Positions 1 to 10,210 of a DNA stretch of 64,000 nt are shown here, piece by piece. Source of the DNA: Promethearchaeati archaeon (GTDB taxonomy: Archaea; Asgardarchaeota; Heimdallarchaeia; Heimdallarchaeales; Heimdallarchaeaceae); contig JABLTJ010000003.1 in NCBI GenBank assembly GCA_013166775.1, forward strand, positions 96,001 to 160,000, given 5' to 3'. A program made the position numbers and the translations under genes. Numbering within the stretch: the first letter of the stretch is position 1; each line of letters starts with the position of its first letter. The notes beneath the pieces were generated by a model. It saw only the letters and a list, made by a program, of their open reading frames with translations. It searched no databases and was not told the DNA's origin.

Positions 1-3
1 TCC

Positions 4-255
4 ATGCTCAAAGAAGAGAGAAAGATGATCCTAATGATAAATAAAATAGAAGAGGAAGGAATAGAAGCTGATAAAGAGATTTTTGAGAAGAATCTTGCTT
101 CTTTAAAGAAAATAGGTAAGGAGTATTTTGATGAAATGATTGAGATTCCTTATTTCAAGATTTTGAGTGAAAGAATACATGCATTTGAGAAAGAACCTCA
201 CACAGAATTCTTAAATTCAATAGATGGAATTATCAAATTGTTAGTCTCTGATTAA
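4..255 (+). CDS. Hypothetical protein, probably the 3' part of a gene truncated by the window edge
   Basis: Open frame from the window start; stop is 1 nt before the next ATG; no recognisable motif. Confidence 0.6.
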   Translation: MLKEERKMILMINKIEEEGIEADKEIFEKNLASLKKIGKEYFDEMIEIPYFKILSERIHAFEKEPHTEFLNSIDGIIKLLVSD

Positions 256-256
256 A

Positions 257-1636
257 ATGAAACCTAGAAATAATAAAACACCAGATAAAGAGATTGAAAA
301 AGCTAAAGATTATTTGTTAGATTCAAAGAAAAATATAGAGAGATTAAAAAGTGGTAAAAAACCAAGGAGAAAACTTAGATTCATTATTGACGAGAACAGA
401 TTTATAGTTTTTCTAATCACTGCATTGATAGTTTTTTCTGCTTTTATTCCACTATTTATTCCTAAACCTCCTCCTATAATTGCAGATCCTATGCAAGATA
501 CTGTTAATGATACAATATATCTAATTAACTCGAACTTTACAAATGATAATAGTTTTCCTTTTAACAGTCATACTGAAACCACTCCAAGTTCTGAATTAAT
601 TTTACTTTTTTCTCTTGCTAACTCATTTTTGAAACAAACCAATTTTGTTCCAATATCAAATGATCTTTTCGTAAGAATCCAAAACATAGAATATATCTTA
701 GAAAATGATAGTTTTGTTGAATATTCAAATTCATCTGAAATTTTAACTATCGACAAACAGTTTCTAGGTATCTACACATTACTTCAAGCTAACCATGCAA
801 CAAAAGGTACAGAATATTCGATGGAATTACAGGATGTATATTCAGTTTTAACTTACACATTGAACGAGTATTATTCAGAAGACTTAGAAATGATGGTCAA
901 ACCTAGGAGCAATAAGAGTTATCTTATAGATCAAGCAGTGTCAATGTTTACTATCGCTACATTTTCGCTAGTTACAGAAGTTGATTTCATTAGCGGCTTT
1001 TCTTTGTTAAGTATTCTCCAAAATTTAATCTATTCTATCACAGAAAATTTCTATAACACATCTACCAATAGGTTTTATCATGAATTTGATTTAACGACAA
1101 ATACTTCTACTACTAGTGCAAATGTTGAATCTTTAATATTTCTTGATTTAGGCTTATCTAAGAGTGAGAGAAGATTTCCTTATGATATTGAATTCACATA
1201 CTTCACTCCCTATAGTTTACATCAAGATATAGTAAATGAAAGGGTGGATGATGATTGGATAGTTCATAATTATTTAAGTTTTGATAGCAATATTTCACTA
1301 AAGAATCAAGCGCTATTCACACTATGCTCGTACTTGTTGAGATTAAACAATGTAGGTGATGAGTTACTCAATGCTACTCTTGAACAGTTTATTTTTGATG
1401 AGGGTTTCATAGAAAACTTCTCCTTGCAAGAAGTCACTTGTGAATCTTGCTTATATGGTTTAATAGCGATAGCTAGCGAAAAATGGACAGCCATGCAAAA
1501 TGATAGAGAAGGAAGCTATATAAAAACAGAAGATTCATTGTATCCTCTTATAATTATTCCACTTCTCATAGTCACTGTGCTATTTAGAAAGAGACGGAAG
1601 AAGAGATTTAAGAGTGGTGGCCGAGGTGGGATTTGA
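257..1636 (+). CDS. Membrane-anchored hypothetical protein with an N-terminal TM helix and a C-terminal TM + basic tail
   Basis: Hydrophobic FIVFLITALIVFSAFIPLFI and C-terminal YPLIIIPLLIVTVLFRKRRKKR; many NxS/T sequons; last codons overlap the tRNA 3' end. Confidence 0.8.
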   Translation: MKPRNNKTPDKEIEKAKDYLLDSKKNIERLKSGKKPRRKLRFIIDENRFIVFLITALIVFSAFIPLFIPKPPPIIADPMQDTVNDTIYLINSNFTNDNSFPFNSHTETTPSSELILLFSLANSFLKQTNFVPISNDLFVRIQNIEYILENDSFVEYSNSSEILTIDKQFLGIYTLLQANHATKGTEYSMELQDVYSVLTYTLNEYYSEDLEMMVKPRSNKSYLIDQAVSMFTIATFSLVTEVDFISGFSLLSILQNLIYSITENFYNTSTNRFYHEFDLTTNTSTTSANVESLIFLDLGLSKSERRFPYDIEFTYFTPYSLHQDIVNERVDDDWIVHNYLSFDSNISLKNQALFTLCSYLLRLNNVGDELLNATLEQFIFDEGFIENFSLQEVTCESCLYGLIAIASEKWTAMQNDREGSYIKTEDSLYPLIIIPLLIVTVLFRKRRKKRFKSGGRGGI

Positions 1637-1722
1637 ACCCACGATCACATGCATACAAGCTTGAAAGAACGCTTCTTTTCATGTCCCCAAGCATGTATCA
1701 TACCAAGCTTGACTACCCGGTC
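1615..1722 (-). tRNA. tRNA-Pro(GGG) with a 31-nt intron at 37/38 (1654-1684) and encoded CCA
   Basis: Reverse complement folds as GACCGGG-TA-GTCA AGCTTGGTA TGAT-A-CATGC TTGGGG[intron]T GCATG-TGATC-GTGGG TTCAAAT CCCAC-CTCGGCC-A-CCA. Confidence 0.92.
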
Positions 1723-1829
1723 GTTTTCTATTCTTTTTCGTTTTAGTTTTATTTTAAGCTTTTCTATTCACTTAATTACCTCAATATTCTGTTAGTAATT
1801 GTTTTATATTGATTATCTAAACGTTTTAC

Positions 1830-2576
1830 ATGAATTCAAACAAATATTTGCTTCATGAATTATCTTGGGTTGATATCAAAGCTTTAGATAAACAATCTAC
1901 AGTCTTCTTGCTTCCAGTTGGTAGTACAGAACAGCATGGTCCACAGAATCCATTAGGAACTGATTTTCTCATTGCACAATATGTTGCAAGAATAGCAGCT
2001 AAAAACTCTGAAATTGTTTATTGTTTACCTACTCTTCCAATTGGAGTAGCATCTCACCATAGAAATTTCGCAGGAACACTCTGGTTAAAACCACATACCT
2101 TTGAGACTATGGTTAAAGAAGTGATTCACTCAGTTCATTATCATGGGTTTGATAAACTCATTGTAGTCAATGGACATGGAGGAAATACCGCTTCAATAAT
2201 GCAAGCTATTTCTGAATATAATGATGTTCATGATATGCTTTGTGTACTATTTGAATGGTGGAGCGATGAAGAACTGATTAAATCAATTTTTGGAGTTCCT
2301 GGAGCTGTTCACGCAGATGCTGTCGAAACCTCTACTGTATGGGCAGCATGTCCAGATCTCGTCATTCCTGAAAGATTCGAAGGATTAACCTCTGCTGAAA
2401 AATGGGGAAGAGAAATTGGAGGACTCTTTTTATCTTCAAGAACAGATCAGTTTACAGAAACTGGTATTGCTGGTTCTTTGGATGGAATATCTAAGGATAA
2501 AGGGCAACAAGCATTAGATGCAGCTGCAAAGAAACTTGTTTATGTTGCAGAAGAATTATCTAGATATAAGAAATAA
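1830..2576 (+). CDS. Creatininase/creatinine amidohydrolase family protein
   Basis: PVGSTEQHGP..LGTD, NGHGGN and HAD..ETS motifs. Confidence 0.9.
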   Translation: MNSNKYLLHELSWVDIKALDKQSTVFLLPVGSTEQHGPQNPLGTDFLIAQYVARIAAKNSEIVYCLPTLPIGVASHHRNFAGTLWLKPHTFETMVKEVIHSVHYHGFDKLIVVNGHGGNTASIMQAISEYNDVHDMLCVLFEWWSDEELIKSIFGVPGAVHADAVETSTVWAACPDLVIPERFEGLTSAEKWGREIGGLFLSSRTDQFTETGIAGSLDGISKDKGQQALDAAAKKLVYVAEELSRYKK

Positions 2577-2616
2577 TATAGCAAAACAGAAAAAATTGAA
2601 AAAACGGTAAGTTAAT

Positions 2617-3231
2617 ATGAGTGTCAATTTTAAATCACTTCCAGTTATAATTCTAGCAGCTGGTGATTCTCAAAGAATGGGAGAGATTAAAGGATTGCTT
2701 GATTATAAAGGAAAACCATTTCTAGCATTTCAACTTGAGAAGTTATTGGAAATAGGATTTTGGGAGATAATTGTTGTTCTAGGAAACGATTATCAGATTT
2801 ATCAAGATAAGATTCCTAAACTCAAAAATACAGTAATTACTATAAATCCAAGTCCTGAAAAAGGACAGTTTTCATCGATTCAATACGGACTTTTAGAAGT
2901 GTCAAAAGTAAATCAATCAGGTGTGTTTATCCTTCCTGTAGATGTACCTTGCCCAGAGAAGGAAGTTTGGGAGCACTTGGAAAAAAGCCTGAGCTCATCC
3001 AACGCGAATGTTTCAATCCCAGCATATCAGGGTAAGAAGGGTCATCCCGTAATAATATCAGAAAAATTCAAGGAATATCTTTTAACCTGTAAGACAGATT
3101 CAAGACTCGATTTTGAGATAAACAAACAGAAAGACATGGAAAAAGCAAAGATTATATCAGTAAAAGACAAAAACATTACACGAAATCTTAACACTCCTGA
3201 AAACTGGGAAGAATTTAAGGTGAATCCATGA
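2617..3231 (+). CDS. mocA: Molybdenum cofactor cytidylyltransferase (MocA/YgfJ-like NTP transferase)
   Basis: ILAAGDSQRMG..K, PVDVP, GHPVII and NLNTPE motifs; ATGA overlap with the downstream XDH gene. Confidence 0.8.
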   Translation: MSVNFKSLPVIILAAGDSQRMGEIKGLLDYKGKPFLAFQLEKLLEIGFWEIIVVLGNDYQIYQDKIPKLKNTVITINPSPEKGQFSSIQYGLLEVSKVNQSGVFILPVDVPCPEKEVWEHLEKSLSSSNANVSIPAYQGKKGHPVIISEKFKEYLLTCKTDSRLDFEINKQKDMEKAKIISVKDKNITRNLNTPENWEEFKVNP

Positions 3232-5861
3232 ATGTAAATTTCACTCTCAATGGAGAAGAAGTAACAGTTGATTTTGAAGAAGGCATGAGTGTTCTTGATT
3301 TATTAAGAGAAGTTTGTCTAATCAAAAGCTGTAAGGATGGTTGCTCTGGTCAAGGTTTCTGTGGTGCTTGTACAATTCTCCTTGAAGGTAGAACAAGAAT
3401 GTCTTGCAGATTGAAGCCTGATACTATTGAAGGTAAAGAGATTGTCACTATCGAAGGACTGAGTGAGGAAGAAAAGAAGATTATATCAAAATCTCTTGTG
3501 AAAGAAGGAGCAATACAATGTGGTTTTTGTACTCCCGGAATTACCTTGAAGATTAAAGGATTTCTTGATAGAAACCCAAAATCGACACGGGAGGAGAAGG
3601 CAAATGCAATATCAAGCAACCTCTGCAGATGCACAGGCTATCAAAGAATTCTTGATGCTATGGAAACTGCTGAAGAACACTGGGAAAAGAAAGATACAAA
3701 TATAGCAGGACCTCCAAGAAGAAATGAATTCTTTGGAGAAAAATATGGATTTGAAAGAGAATTTACTCCAAAAGATCAAGGAGTTGGATCAAGTGCTCAT
3801 CGTTACAGAGGAATTGATATGGCTCTTGGAAAGAAACCATTCATAGCTGATATGGAAGCTGAAGGGATGCTTCATGGAGCATTTTTATTAAGTGAATATC
3901 CCAGAGCTATAGTCAGTAAGATTGATACAACTCAAGCTGAATCAGCATGTGGTGTTGTTAAGATTATTACAGCTGAAGATGTTCCAGGTAAACGTATAAT
4001 TGGACATATTATTCCAGATTGGCCAACTTTTGTCGCAGAGGGAGAAACAACCAAGTATATTGGTGATGTTTTAGTGATGGTAATAGCTGACTCAATGATA
4101 CATGCTCGAGCAGCTTTAGAAAAAATCAAAGTTGATTATGAGGTACTTGAACCAATAGATAATCCTGAAACAGCTCTTTCTGCAGAAACTGAAAAATTGC
4201 ATGAGAAAGGGAACCTGCTTGGTCATACTTTCTTTGGTAGAGGGAATGTCAAAGAAGCATTAGATAATTCCAAATATGTGATTAAAAAACAATTCAGAAC
4301 ACAAAGAATAGAACACGCATTTATGGAAGTAGAAAGCTCTCTTGCTGTGCCTACAGAGAAAGGTGTTCATGTTTATAGTCAAGGGCAAGGAGTGCATGAA
4401 GACCAAAGGCAAATAGCGGAAGTTTTAGGGCTAAATGAAGAGGATGTTATCGTTGAGTTAGTTACAAATGGAGGAGCATTCGGAGGAAAAGAAGATCTTT
4501 CATGTCAAGCTCAAACAGCAATAGCTGCGTATCTATTGAAAAAACCTGTCAAAACAGTTTTAACAAGAGAGCAATCTCTCCAAATGCATCCAAAACGTCA
4601 TCCAATGACAATGGATTATGAAGTTGGAGCGGATGAAGAAGGCAAATTTACAGCGGTTAAATTAAGGCTTATAGCTGATTCAGGTGCATATGCTTCCGTA
4701 GGAGCAAAAGTTGTTGAACGTGCTGCTGGACATTGTTGTGGTCCATATTATGTTCCCAATGTAGATGTAGATGCAAAAGCTGTTTACACTAATAATCCAC
4801 CTTGTGGAGCAATGCGTGGATTTGGTGTCAACCAAACTTCATTTGCTATCGAATCATGCCTTAATTTCATTACCAAAAAGATGAGGGATGATGGTGTTGA
4901 TATTGATGATTATGACATAAGAGAAAGGAATATTCTCAGGGATGGACAAAGATTCGCAACTGGACAAATTATGACTAAAACTGTTGTTGGAATGCAAAAA
5001 TGTCTGGATGCAGTGAAAGACGTTTACAAAAGATCTAAAGTTCCTACTGGTATTGCATGTGGAATCAAGAATACTGGTATCGGTAATGGTCTTGAGGATA
5101 CAGGACGAGTTCTCATAAAAGTTCTTGAGAATAAAAAAATAGAGATTCTAACAGGCTTTACAGAGATGGGACAAGGATTATTCACAATATTAACTCAAGT
5201 AGTAAATGAACTAACAGATATACCTCTAACTGATATGTCAGTTAAATCTATCAGTTATCCGACAACAAAATGTGGAATGACAACAGCTTCAAGGGCTACT
5301 GCATTAGATTCAATGGCAGCTAAGATGTCTGCTGAGAAGCTTGCCTTTGCTTTGAAAACCAAGTCTCTGAAAGAACTTGAGGGTGAAGAATTCCATGGAG
5401 AATATATCACTAATTTCACTGTTAAACCTGGAACACAAATCGATAATCCAGTCACACATTTAGCTTTCAGTTATGCAGTTCAAGTTGCTTTTCTTGATGA
5501 AAATGGGAATCTTAAGAAAATGATAGCAGCTCATGATGTAGGAAAAGTTATGAATCCGATGGCTTGTGCAGGTCAAATAGAAGGAGGGATTCATATGGGA
5601 TTAGGTCATACTTTATCCGAAAGCTTCCCAACAACTAACGGAATACCTGATTCTCTGAAAATGAAGGATTTACAAATCGTCAAAGCAAAAGATACTCCTG
5701 AAGTTGAAGTTATTCTTGTTGAAGTACCTGAAGATGTGGGGGGTTTTGGTTCGAAAGGAGTAGGAGAAATTGGTCTAGTACCAACTGCAGGAGCTGTAGT
5801 AGGAGCATTTCATCAATTTGATGGAAAAATTAGAAGCGAGCTTCCACTTCAAAGAAAATAA
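3228..5861 (+). CDS. Selenium-dependent-type xanthine dehydrogenase family molybdoprotein, [2Fe-2S] + Mo domains fused (XdhAC / 2,8-dioxopurine dehydrogenase-like)
   Basis: CKDGCSGQGFCGAC, QCGFCTPG, NLCRCTGY, GGAFGGKED, GAMRGFG, GMTTASR, AAHDVG, GQIEGG, SKGVGEIG; no FAD domain. Confidence 0.85.
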   Translation: MNVNFTLNGEEVTVDFEEGMSVLDLLREVCLIKSCKDGCSGQGFCGACTILLEGRTRMSCRLKPDTIEGKEIVTIEGLSEEEKKIISKSLVKEGAIQCGFCTPGITLKIKGFLDRNPKSTREEKANAISSNLCRCTGYQRILDAMETAEEHWEKKDTNIAGPPRRNEFFGEKYGFEREFTPKDQGVGSSAHRYRGIDMALGKKPFIADMEAEGMLHGAFLLSEYPRAIVSKIDTTQAESACGVVKIITAEDVPGKRIIGHIIPDWPTFVAEGETTKYIGDVLVMVIADSMIHARAALEKIKVDYEVLEPIDNPETALSAETEKLHEKGNLLGHTFFGRGNVKEALDNSKYVIKKQFRTQRIEHAFMEVESSLAVPTEKGVHVYSQGQGVHEDQRQIAEVLGLNEEDVIVELVTNGGAFGGKEDLSCQAQTAIAAYLLKKPVKTVLTREQSLQMHPKRHPMTMDYEVGADEEGKFTAVKLRLIADSGAYASVGAKVVERAAGHCCGPYYVPNVDVDAKAVYTNNPPCGAMRGFGVNQTSFAIESCLNFITKKMRDDGVDIDDYDIRERNILRDGQRFATGQIMTKTVVGMQKCLDAVKDVYKRSKVPTGIACGIKNTGIGNGLEDTGRVLIKVLENKKIEILTGFTEMGQGLFTILTQVVNELTDIPLTDMSVKSISYPTTKCGMTTASRATALDSMAAKMSAEKLAFALKTKSLKELEGEEFHGEYITNFTVKPGTQIDNPVTHLAFSYAVQVAFLDENGNLKKMIAAHDVGKVMNPMACAGQIEGGIHMGLGHTLSESFPTTNGIPDSLKMKDLQIVKAKDTPEVEVILVEVPEDVGGFGSKGVGEIGLVPTAGAVVGAFHQFDGKIRSELPLQRK

Positions 5862-5880
5862 AAGAAAAATAAAGATTAAA

Positions 5881-6837
5881 TTATGGTACTATTCTGGTTC
5901 CTGTTTCACCCTTTAAAGCTCTACTGATATTTTCAGGATTGGTGACTAGAGCTTCTTTACCACCTTGTTCTAGAAATTGAACGATGGCTTTGATCTTAGG
6001 TTCCATTGATCCTTTTGCAAAATGTATTCCTTCTTCTAGATATTTTTTTGCTTCGGCAACAGTCATCTGATCCAGCTCTACTTGATCTGGTTTACCAAAA
6101 TTCAAGGAAACTTTTTCAACAGCCGTTGAAATCAAAAGCATATCTGCATTAATTTTACTGGCCAGAAAAGAAGATGCAAAATCTTTGTCAATTACCGCAG
6201 CAGTTCCCTCTAGTCCTTGATCGGTCTCAATAACAGGTATTCCTCCCCCACCCACAGTAATTGTGATTATTCCAGCATCGATCAATTTTTTGACGGCTTC
6301 CAATTCCATAATTTCTACAGGTAACGGGGAAGGCACAACTCTTCGCCAACCACGACCAGAATCTTCAGTTACATTCCAACCTAGTTCCTCTTTCCTTTGA
6401 TTTGCTTCTTCTGCTTCCATAAACGAACCAATAGGTTTAGCAGGAGCTTGGAAAGCTGGATCATTTGGGTCTACACGGACTTGAGTGACAACTGTCGCTA
6501 CTGATTTATCAATTCCTCTTTTTTTAAGCTCGTTTTGAATATTCTGTTGCAAAGAATAACCAATAGCACCTTGACTATCAGCTCCGCAAACATCTAAGGG
6601 AAGTTCATGCATACCCGATACCTTATGAGCAATTTCACTTCGTCTTAAAATGAATCCAACCTGAGGTCCATTTCCATGTCCTATTGCAATGTCCCAACCA
6701 GCCTCAATCATATCTACTAGGTGATATGAAGTTTCCTGGGCAGCTTTATATTGATCTTTCACAGTTTGATGTTGATTGGATTTAATAAGCGAGTTACCAC
6801 CAATAGCAACAACCGCTACTTTTCTCTGTTTTGACAT
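5881..6837 (-). CDS. arcC: Carbamate kinase
   Basis: AIGGNSL, HGNGPQVG, KPIG, RRVVPSP, GGGGIPV, VIDKD, GSMEPK; start taken as the ATG at 6837. Confidence 0.93.
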   Translation of the reverse strand: MSKQRKVAVVAIGGNSLIKSNQHQTVKDQYKAAQETSYHLVDMIEAGWDIAIGHGNGPQVGFILRRSEIAHKVSGMHELPLDVCGADSQGAIGYSLQQNIQNELKKRGIDKSVATVVTQVRVDPNDPAFQAPAKPIGSFMEAEEANQRKEELGWNVTEDSGRGWRRVVPSPLPVEIMELEAVKKLIDAGIITITVGGGGIPVIETDQGLEGTAAVIDKDFASSFLASKINADMLLISTAVEKVSLNFGKPDQVELDQMTVAEAKKYLEEGIHFAKGSMEPKIKAIVQFLEQGGKEALVTNPENISRALKGETGTRIVP

Positions 6838-7089
6838 TGGTATCACACTCCACATATTAAGGAGTTTAAATATTTCGTTTTCTGACTAAAAAATAAAAAA
6901 TAAAATCTTGAACACATTTAAAAACTGTTTCAGAAGTAAATTCTTCTTCTTCCTTATTGAAGTCAACTATACCTTTGAAATCTATAACATTCATCAATTA
7001 TAATTTAAATCGATTTATAATTCACACACACAAAAAAGCAAAAAAACTAGACAGCTTTTTATATTTTAAAATGCAAATTATATTTTGAT

Positions 7090-7479
7090 ATGACAGTAAT
7101 CCATTGTCCCAAATGTGGAAAAAAACACATAGCAGTTGATAGATATTGCCAATATTGTGGGAAAGATCTAGAAAATATTATATTAATGTTAAAAAGAAAA
7201 AGTCTACCATTAAGATTTCAATCAAAACCAAAACCTCAAAATAGAAGAAAAATATTTCAAAATGAAAAAAAAGTTTCAGAATACACTGAAACTGAAAAAA
7301 AACTAGAGAAATTTGATGTTCTTCCTGAAAATCTAAATAGTCAAAATTTATCAAATTTTCCATTGATTGAGAGTATGGTCAGTTCATTAGGTCCACCTTC
7401 GACTAAGAAGCAAAAAATGAAATTAAAAAGAAAGAAAGACCCTTGGTGGGAAGATTTGATGTTTTGTTGTCCTTTCTAG
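7090..7479 (+). CDS. Zinc-ribbon hypothetical protein with a polybasic, Cys-Cys C-terminus
   Basis: CPKC...CQYC at the N-terminus; ends KKQKMKLKRKKDPWWEDLMFCCPF. Confidence 0.65.
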   Translation: MTVIHCPKCGKKHIAVDRYCQYCGKDLENIILMLKRKSLPLRFQSKPKPQNRRKIFQNEKKVSEYTETEKKLEKFDVLPENLNSQNLSNFPLIESMVSSLGPPSTKKQKMKLKRKKDPWWEDLMFCCPF

Positions 7480-7618
7480 TATTAAGATACAGTAAGAAAT
7501 ACGCCAATTAACTCCAGGTTCAGAGCTTTTACAGGTTTTTGGAGAGAGAATACTGAGTAGTCCTAAAGATAGTTACCATTTCTGGATTAAAAAAAGATTT
7601 AGAGAGATTTTGTATCCC

Positions 7619-8590
7619 CTAACGCATTGTTAAAGCCATTACTGCTTTCTGTGCATGCATCCTATTTTCTGCTTGATCAAAGACAACTGACTGTGGACCA
7701 TCCATTACTTCACTGGTTACCTCTACATCGCGATCTGCTGGAAGTGGGTGCATGTAAATAGCATCCTTATGTGCTAAAGCCATTTTCTTTGAATCTGTGA
7801 TCCAATCCTTGTATTGATTCTGTATTTTCTTTCCTTCTTCTGGATCATTAGTTGTAAGCAAAAGACCCCAAGATTTGGCATAAACTATTTCTGCATCTTT
7901 GAAACCTTCTTTCATACTATCGACTACCTCAAATTTAGTGTCGAATGTAGTAGCTTGTTCTTGTGCTTGTTGCATAATCTCTGACATCAACTTAAATTCT
8001 GGTGGATGTGCTAAAGTAACATCTAATCCGAATCTGGGCATTTGTAGAATCAAAGACTGTGGTACTGAAATTGGTTTCAGGTACGAAGAAGCATATGCCC
8101 ATGAAACCACTATCTTCTTTCCTCTTAAATCGCGACTTTTTTTCTCAATGATTGTCATGATATCAGCAAGACATTGGTGAGGATGATAGACGTCACATTG
8201 CATATTCAAAACTGGTGAGCGAGAAGCTGATGCTACATGGTTAATGTACTTATTACCAATTCCCCAATCACAATGACGAATAACAATTCCATCAAAATAT
8301 CTTCCAAAGATTTCTCCTAGTTCTTTTTCGGTATCTCCATGAGAAACTTGAGTTGTTCGACTCTCCATGAATGCTGCATGTCCTCCTAGTTGTGCCATTC
8401 CAGCTTCATAAGAAGCTCTGGTGTGTGTACTGGAGAAGAAGAACAGCATAGCGAGAGTTTTATCTAGAAGTAAAGCATGTTACTCACCCAACGCTCTTCT
8501 TTTCTTAAGATCCCAAACAATTTCCAAGACAGGTTCTACTTCTTCTTTTGTAAAATCTAAGTCTCCTATTAAGTCATGACTGCAGATATT
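7619..8590 (-). pseudogene. YgeW-like (knotted) carbamoyltransferase pseudogene
   Basis: Frame continues upstream of 8449 as DLIGDLDFTKEEVEPVLEIVWDLKKRRALGE*HALL with an in-frame TAA at 8480-8482 and no ATG; the STRT motif reads STHT; WAYASSYLKPISVPQ and HPLPADR retained. Confidence 0.8.
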
Positions 8591-8685
8591 TTTTTGTGTT
8601 ATTATTAAGTATTCAATTCTAAACAATTTCAGAGTATAACTGATATTTTTTTATGAGAAAAAATTATATGAAACTAAATGCTGGG

Positions 8686-8928
8686 GGACATCCTGTTCTT
8701 TTGCCTAATGACTTCAAGAATTATTCTGAAACTAAAAATGCTGAATCTTGATTAGATTTTGAAATACGAAAACAGGTTGACCAACAAAAAGCAAAGATTA
8801 TATCTGTAAAGGATTTAAATATAACACTAAACCTCAATACAATTAAAGAATGGGACGCATTCAAGGTGAAAGAATGAAGGTTTTATTTACTCTTAATGAA
8901 GAAAAAAAGACATAGATTATGAAGAAGG
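8686..8928 (+). pseudogene. Diverged relic of the mocA 3' end / xdh 5' start junction
   Basis: Translates GHPVLLPNDFKNY...S*LDFEIRKQ...KAKIISVKD.NIT.NLNT..EW..FKV.E* then overlapping ATG KVLFTLNEE..DYEEG; colinear with 3040-3283. Confidence 0.85.
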
Positions 8929-8999
8929 TCCTTTCATCAATATGATGGAAAATGGAGTGTAGAACTTCCGATTGCAAAAAAAATAAAGAGTTTGTAAAA

Positions 9000-10208
9000 A
9001 TGAAAGATCAAATATTAGCTAAAGTTGAAGAATATAAACTTGATTTATTCAAGTTTTTACGAGATATGATTCGTATTCCAAGTACAAGTACTAAAGAGGA
9101 AAAACTCGTTAAGAGGATTAAAGAAGAAATGGAAAAGCTTGGATATGATGAAATTAGGATTGATAAGATGGGTAATATCTTAGGGAGAATAGGAGATGGT
9201 AAACATGTTATAGCTTTTGATGGCCATATAGATACAGTTGATGTTGGAAATCGAGAGCTTTGGACTCATGATCCTTTTGAAGGATATGAAGATGATGAAG
9301 TAATTTACGGTAGAGGGGGAAGCGATCAAGAGGGTGGTTTTGCTTCTATGGTTTATGCTGGTAAAATTATCAAAGATCTTGATATAGCAGGTGACACTAC
9401 TGTTTGGATTGTTGGAACAGTTCAGGAGGAGGATTGTGATGGACTCTGCTGGCAGTATATAATAGAAGATAAGGTAATCGAACCAGAATTTGTTATTCTA
9501 ACAGAACCAACTTCTCTGCGCGTATATAGAGGTCATAGAGGTAGGATGGAAATCAAAGTTACTGTAACAGGATTAAGCTGTCATGGTTCAGCTCCTGAAC
9601 GAGGTGATAATGCCATCTATAAAATGGCTTCTATCTTAAAAGAACTAAAGGAATTACATCCTAAACTTAAAGATGATCCATTCTTAGGCAAAGGATCTTT
9701 AACCGTTTCTGAGATTTTCTCTAAATCACCATCTAGATGTGCTGTTGCAGACGAATGTTCTATCTCAATTGATAGAAGATTAACTTTTGGAGAGAATAAA
9801 GACTCTGCTATTGGCGAGATTAGAGACTTACCTTCAGTTAGAGAGCACAATGCCAAAGTAGAGATGTATACTTACGATAAACCATCGTATACAGGATTTC
9901 AGAAGAAAGTTGATTGTTACTTTCCAACTTGGCTTATTCAAGAGGATAATCCATTATGTGGGATGTTAGTAGAAACAGCAACAGAAATAACAGGTGAAGA
10001 AGCACTTCTAGATAAATGGACTTTCTCAACTAATGGTGTTTCAATCATGGGTATGCACAACATCCCATGTATTGGGTATGGTCCTGGAAGAGAGAACCAA
10101 GCTCATGCTCCGAATGAAATCACTTTCAAAAGTGAATTGATGACAGCAGTTGCAGTGTATGCTGCTATACCTTTAAAATACACTGAACTTAAGAAAAAAC
10201 AGGTGTAA
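9000..10208 (+). CDS. ygeY: YgeY-family M20 hydrolase
   Basis: [69 protein letters not shown]; start taken as the ATG at 9000. Confidence 0.9.
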   Translation: MKDQILAKVEEYKLDLFKFLRDMIRIPSTSTKEEKLVKRIKEEMEKLGYDEIRIDKMGNILGRIGDGKHVIAFDGHIDTVDVGNRELWTHDPFEGYEDDEVIYGRGGSDQEGGFASMVYAGKIIKDLDIAGDTTVWIVGTVQEEDCDGLCWQYIIEDKVIEPEFVILTEPTSLRVYRGHRGRMEIKVTVTGLSCHGSAPERGDNAIYKMASILKELKELHPKLKDDPFLGKGSLTVSEIFSKSPSRCAVADECSISIDRRLTFGENKDSAIGEIRDLPSVREHNAKVEMYTYDKPSYTGFQKKVDCYFPTWLIQEDNPLCGMLVETATEITGEEALLDKWTFSTNGVSIMGMHNIPCIGYGPGRENQAHAPNEITFKSELMTAVAVYAAIPLKYTELKKKQV

Positions 10209-10210
10209 TT

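Noticed and set aside
6869-6994. 41-codon minus-strand ORF (MNVIDFKGIVDFNKEEEF...) upstream of arcC
   Set aside because: Too short; possibly another gene remnant, but no family can be supported
8480-8482. Stop-codon readthrough (Sec/Pyl) in the second ygeW-like gene, given the selenium-linked context
   Set aside because: The stop is TAA, and the start codon and STRT motif are also damaged; Se-type XDHs use a non-Sec cofactor; no convincing in-frame TGA selenoprotein seen
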